A stretch of DNA of 64,000 nucleotides, from assembly GCA_965263355.1 (NCBI GenBank), contig CBDHHL010000056.1, positions 288,001 through 352,000 on the forward strand, in the 5' to 3' direction. Positions within the stretch are counted from its first letter, which is position 1. Every line of letters starts with the position of its first letter. Shown piece by piece: positions 60,744 through 64,000 of this stretch. This DNA comes from Leptolyngbyaceae cyanobacterium (GTDB lineage Bacteria; Cyanobacteriota; Cyanobacteriia; Phormidesmidales; Phormidesmidaceae). Position numbers and translations under genes: made by a program. The notes under the pieces were generated by a model. That model saw only the letters and a list, made by a program, of their open reading frames with translations. It was not told the origin of the DNA and ran no database searches.

Positions 60744-62084
60744 CTAATCAGGTGGCATGGGCATGGGGGGCACAACTGCACAGAGTCGGCGGGCAAAAAC
60801 ACTATTTGCTGTGCGATTTCTCGGTATCTTTGCTTCTGACTCGGCTTCTTCCATCACCGTTTCCGTTTCTGCCCTCAAAATCTTACCTAACTCGCTCGCA
60901 ATGGCCTCTAGTTCATTAGCTGTGAGATGTTCCAGAGCTTTATCTTCTACCTTTTTCTTTAATTGATTTAACCAGTAGATACATATCTCAGTGCGAAACA
61001 TTTTAAGCTTTAGCAAACGGGTCACCTTAACCTGTCCCCCTTTCAAATTAAGGATTTTAGCAATCTCTCCCATGGAATGTCCCTCACAGTGAAACAATTC
61101 CAGTGCCTGACGGTAGACCCGCCCCTGGGCCAGTTTGCGCGTTTGGTATTGGGCCGTGTAATTCTCGACTGTCGCTTGAATCGCCTCACTAAGAGTATCG
61201 AGAAAATCCTGACGGTACTTTACTAAGAATGCGCTTTGGGTTTCTTCCATATCATCGGGTATGGGGGCTACTGGCTCAGTATATTCATTGGCATCTATCG
61301 ATTGACTAGGGGGCGGGCCGCCCCGCGCAGCAATACGGGACTGACGCAGCTTTTCTGCCAAATCATAGAGCTGGGAGAGAACCACATTAGGAGGCTGACT
61401 GGGGGCAATGCGCTGCAATTGCTCATCGGTGGGAGTGGTGCAACGCTGCCCTCGGCTGGCTTGCTGATTAATGCGGTCCATTCGATAGACCCGATGATAG
61501 GCCTTGAGTAACCGTTCAGCAATAGCCAATTCTGACTGGCTTAGATGAGGTAAAAACCTGGGCAGCTGATACAGCTTTGTATCATTCAAAATGGCCCAAG
61601 CTGTAACCCGATAAAGCCCATGCTCAAGCAAAAATTGATTAAGGTCCGGATGGGTTTTGGACAGACGCCCCGCCCAGGTAGTGAGGGCAGAACGCTTTGG
61701 ATCGTAGCTGGCCAAAATTTCCATGGCAAATGACTGATAGGTAGCGGGTAATGCACCATCATCGTTAAGTACCATTGGCCACAGCTCAGATGCCTGGAAG
61801 CCATAGCTAGTGCCAAAGCTTTGGGCCAGCTGGGTACAGGTGTAGATAATGCAATGGGACAGCCAACAGCGTAAACATAGCTGAGCCATGGGAGCATTGT
61901 CCGGATCTGTTTGGTAAATGCGCCATAGACTATCTTGACAGGTACGATCTGATATCTTGTTAGCTGCAATATCATCCTCAAAGTGAGCTTTAAACCACTG
62001 TTGAGCCTGGGGGTAATTTTGATGCCGTAATTGGCCCGCTGCAGTCAGGACAATCATTTGCCAATAGCGAGAGGGGGTTGCCAT
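60744..62084 (-). CDS. Sigma-factor-like protein paired with DUF1822
   Basis: LCLRCWLSH and WAILND motifs plus a C-terminal HTH (SMGEIAKILNL...VTRLL). Confidence 0.65.
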   Translation of the reverse strand: MATPSRYWQMIVLTAAGQLRHQNYPQAQQWFKAHFEDDIAANKISDRTCQDSLWRIYQTDPDNAPMAQLCLRCWLSHCIIYTCTQLAQSFGTSYGFQASELWPMVLNDDGALPATYQSFAMEILASYDPKRSALTTWAGRLSKTHPDLNQFLLEHGLYRVTAWAILNDTKLYQLPRFLPHLSQSELAIAERLLKAYHRVYRMDRINQQASRGQRCTTPTDEQLQRIAPSQPPNVVLSQLYDLAEKLRQSRIAARGGPPPSQSIDANEYTEPVAPIPDDMEETQSAFLVKYRQDFLDTLSEAIQATVENYTAQYQTRKLAQGRVYRQALELFHCEGHSMGEIAKILNLKGGQVKVTRLLKLKMFRTEICIYWLNQLKKKVEDKALEHLTANELEAIASELGKILRAETETVMEEAESEAKIPRNRTANSVFARRLCAVVPPMPMPPD

Positions 62085-62358
62085 GATGGTTGGATGCGAA
62101 CAGTGCCCTGGGGGATAGTCTAGGAAATAATATCCTCATAGGCTAGGGGCCTTAACCTGTCATCAATGGGTAGCACTGAACTATGGAGACTTATTCACTC
62201 TAAAGATCGCTAATCTTCTATCAAAATGAATATATTTCAATATCACAGGTAGAGAATATAAAAAAACCCTGCCTGAAGAGCAAGGGCTAACATACCTGAA
62301 TTGTGTATGGCTCAACTGTCGAAATAACTTTGATGAAATAATTCCGATGCAGATATGA

Positions 62359-63111
62359 TTAACTTTCCGAAGAGGAACTTATGACGGGAAGTTGAGCGCA
62401 AGATGACAAACCTAATAACCCAAGCACTATTACGCCTACTATGATGGATGGCTCAGGAACACTGGGGATAGCATTAGGAGCAGATGCAATACTAACGTTG
62501 TCAATGCCAGCATTAAAAAAGAACTGATTATCGACTTGCCGGAATGCTAACCGCACAGATTCACCAGCCCAAGGCGTTAGGTCAAACGTTAAACTGTTCC
62601 AGTCTGTCGCTGGGGCGGCGTCAGCGACAGGGGGTAAAATGTTGGCCAATACACCTGTAGATGAATCAAGGCCAAACCAATCGTCAAAACCGGTCGAGAC
62701 CAAGTCCACTCTCAAATGCTGGTTAGGAGCACCCGTATAGCTTAAATTGCCTGCATCAAAAAAGGTAGCGGCCCAGTCTTGGGCATACCAATCAAATGAC
62801 AACAAATGTGTTGCACCGGCTTCTAACGAAATATCTTGAAACAGTACCTGGGATGTGGGATCGTTTTGAGTAGTGTGGGCATAGCCTGAACCTTCACTGG
62901 GAGCTAAAATTGGCTGCCCGCCGATGGCGGCAGTTCCTCCATTTGTGTGCAACCAATTGCCACTGGCTCCTGGCTGATTGATAACGGTCCATCCGTCTAG
63001 GTCTGTATTAAAGCCACCATTGGTAATAGTGGCAGCTGTGGCTTTAAGAGTCAGCCCTAAGCTGCTTAAGAAAGCCACAGAGCCTAATACGGTCGCGAAT
63101 AAACGGGGCAT
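62359..63111 (-). CDS. PEP-CTERM exoprotein
   Basis: Signal peptide (KATA-A), ITNGGF jelly-roll domain and VPEPS plus TM; likely start MPRL. Confidence 0.85.
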   Translation of the reverse strand: MPRLFATVLGSVAFLSSLGLTLKATAATITNGGFNTDLDGWTVINQPGASGNWLHTNGGTAAIGGQPILAPSEGSGYAHTTQNDPTSQVLFQDISLEAGATHLLSFDWYAQDWAATFFDAGNLSYTGAPNQHLRVDLVSTGFDDWFGLDSSTGVLANILPPVADAAPATDWNSLTFDLTPWAGESVRLAFRQVDNQFFFNAGIDNVSIASAPNAIPSVPEPSIIVGVIVLGLLGLSSCAQLPVISSSSES

Positions 63112-63278
63112 AAATTTATCCTCATAGAGGGTTGTTGTTACGGGTATTTCTCGATACATATAGCTTATTCAGAAGATCATAGGCATCAGAGACTCTATTC
63201 AAAATTCTGACTTCTGTAGGCTCAATTACTCAAGATTATTTGACTTAACTATTACCTCACTGCTGGCTGAAACAACTT

Positions 63279-64000
63279 TCAATTTACGATTTCAATTGCG
63301 GTTGAAAATGCTGCTAACACACCTGTATCCCAAGCGCTTCGATCCCTACTGGTTGCTGTACTAACCGTTTGAATGGTGGCATCGTCCCCCCGTGATAGAC
63401 TATCCAAATCTCCCAGCAAATCATCTAACACCTCCAGAGCTTCATCACCGCGTGTACCAAATAAACCCCGGTTGTTTCCACCCAGCCCACGGCTTCGGGC
63501 AATGGATTGTAATCCCTTCAAAGTATTTCTCAATGGCTGTGTGCTCACCATTGTCAAAATTTCTAAAAAGCCTGTACCACTTACCTTAAATTTAATCCCA
63601 TCTTCCGGTCGAGGTACTATTAATGAGCTATTTTCATTAATCCGTGCCGCATCTTCTGGTAAGTCCCAATCACCAGGATAAAGGATAATTAAATTTCCTT
63701 GGCTATCGATGGCGACACAGCTCAGGTATAAGGCGCGGTTAGGATCGTGATTATCTATCCGAATTAAGATGCTTTCGTTGGTCTTAAATGCAGGGATATC
63801 TACTGATACCCGATTAAAGTCAGCGATCGCTGTGGCTGTTGTAATTGGGACCTTAACCTCTGGTTGTTCTGATGTAAAGATTTCACCAGAAATCTCTAAC
63901 CGAGAAGGTCCAGATGCTAACCCGCGTAAGATTTTTTCAGCCAGGAACAACTTGAGTTTTGATTGTAACCGTTCCACTGCCGCAGTCACAGACTCATTGA
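63279..64000 (-). CDS. DUF4384-containing protein, C-terminal part (probably caspase family; start lies outside the window)
   Basis: LYLSCVAIDSQGNLIILYP, SLIVPRP, GFLEIL. Confidence 0.65.
   Translation of the reverse strand, partial: NESVTAAVERLQSKLKLFLAEKILRGLASGPSRLEISGEIFTSEQPEVKVPITTATAIADFNRVSVDIPAFKTNESILIRIDNHDPNRALYLSCVAIDSQGNLIILYPGDWDLPEDAARINENSSLIVPRPEDGIKFKVSGTGFLEILTMVSTQPLRNTLKGLQSIARSRGLGGNNRGLFGTRGDEALEVLDDLLGDLDSLSRGDDATIQTVSTATSRDRSAWDTGVLAAFSTAIEIVN

Noticed and set aside
519..63681. Numerous 60-130 aa ORFs overlapping larger genes
   Set aside because: They are antisense or alternate-frame shadows of well-supported genes and show no motifs

Overview
Cyanobacterial chromosomal DNA, as suggested by frequent HIP1 GCGATCGC octamers, GTAG-type REP hairpins and PEP-CTERM and DUF1822 genes. 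The window has four parts. (1) 1-12.4 kb is mostly core genome: the end of glk, yebC, a PIN-type toxin-antitoxin pair, a MoxR/DUF58/SpoIIM/RDD cluster, an internally deleted IS beside a HupE/UreJ pseudogene, a Rid-family gene and pdxJ. (2) 12.8-20.5 kb is a decayed integration hotspot: tRNA-Gly(CCC) with a tyrosine integrase on each side, an ISAzo13 remnant, several gene fragments, a short NHLM-type secretion adaptor and an unannotated 58-aa double-glycine precursor peptide. (3) 21.2-51.2 kb is a ~30-kb contractile injection system (CIS) resembling the cyanobacterial thylakoid-anchored type. It encodes sheath, four tube paralogues, cap, AAA ATPase, baseplate, VgrG, a PAAR-like tip, transmembrane crown-like proteins, a 2496-aa hierarchically repetitive [VIL]QR protein and an embedded leader-only Nif11 peptide. 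No toxin cargo is recognisable. (4) 51.2-64 kb holds an amino-acid racemase / peptidoglycan-binding solute-binding protein / DAACS symporter unit directly after the tip gene, a Cache-HAMP sensor without an output domain, a GntR-desaturase-hydrolase unit, a DUF1822 gene pair, a PEP-CTERM protein and a partial DUF4384 protein. All family calls come from motifs recognised by eye; no database searches were run.
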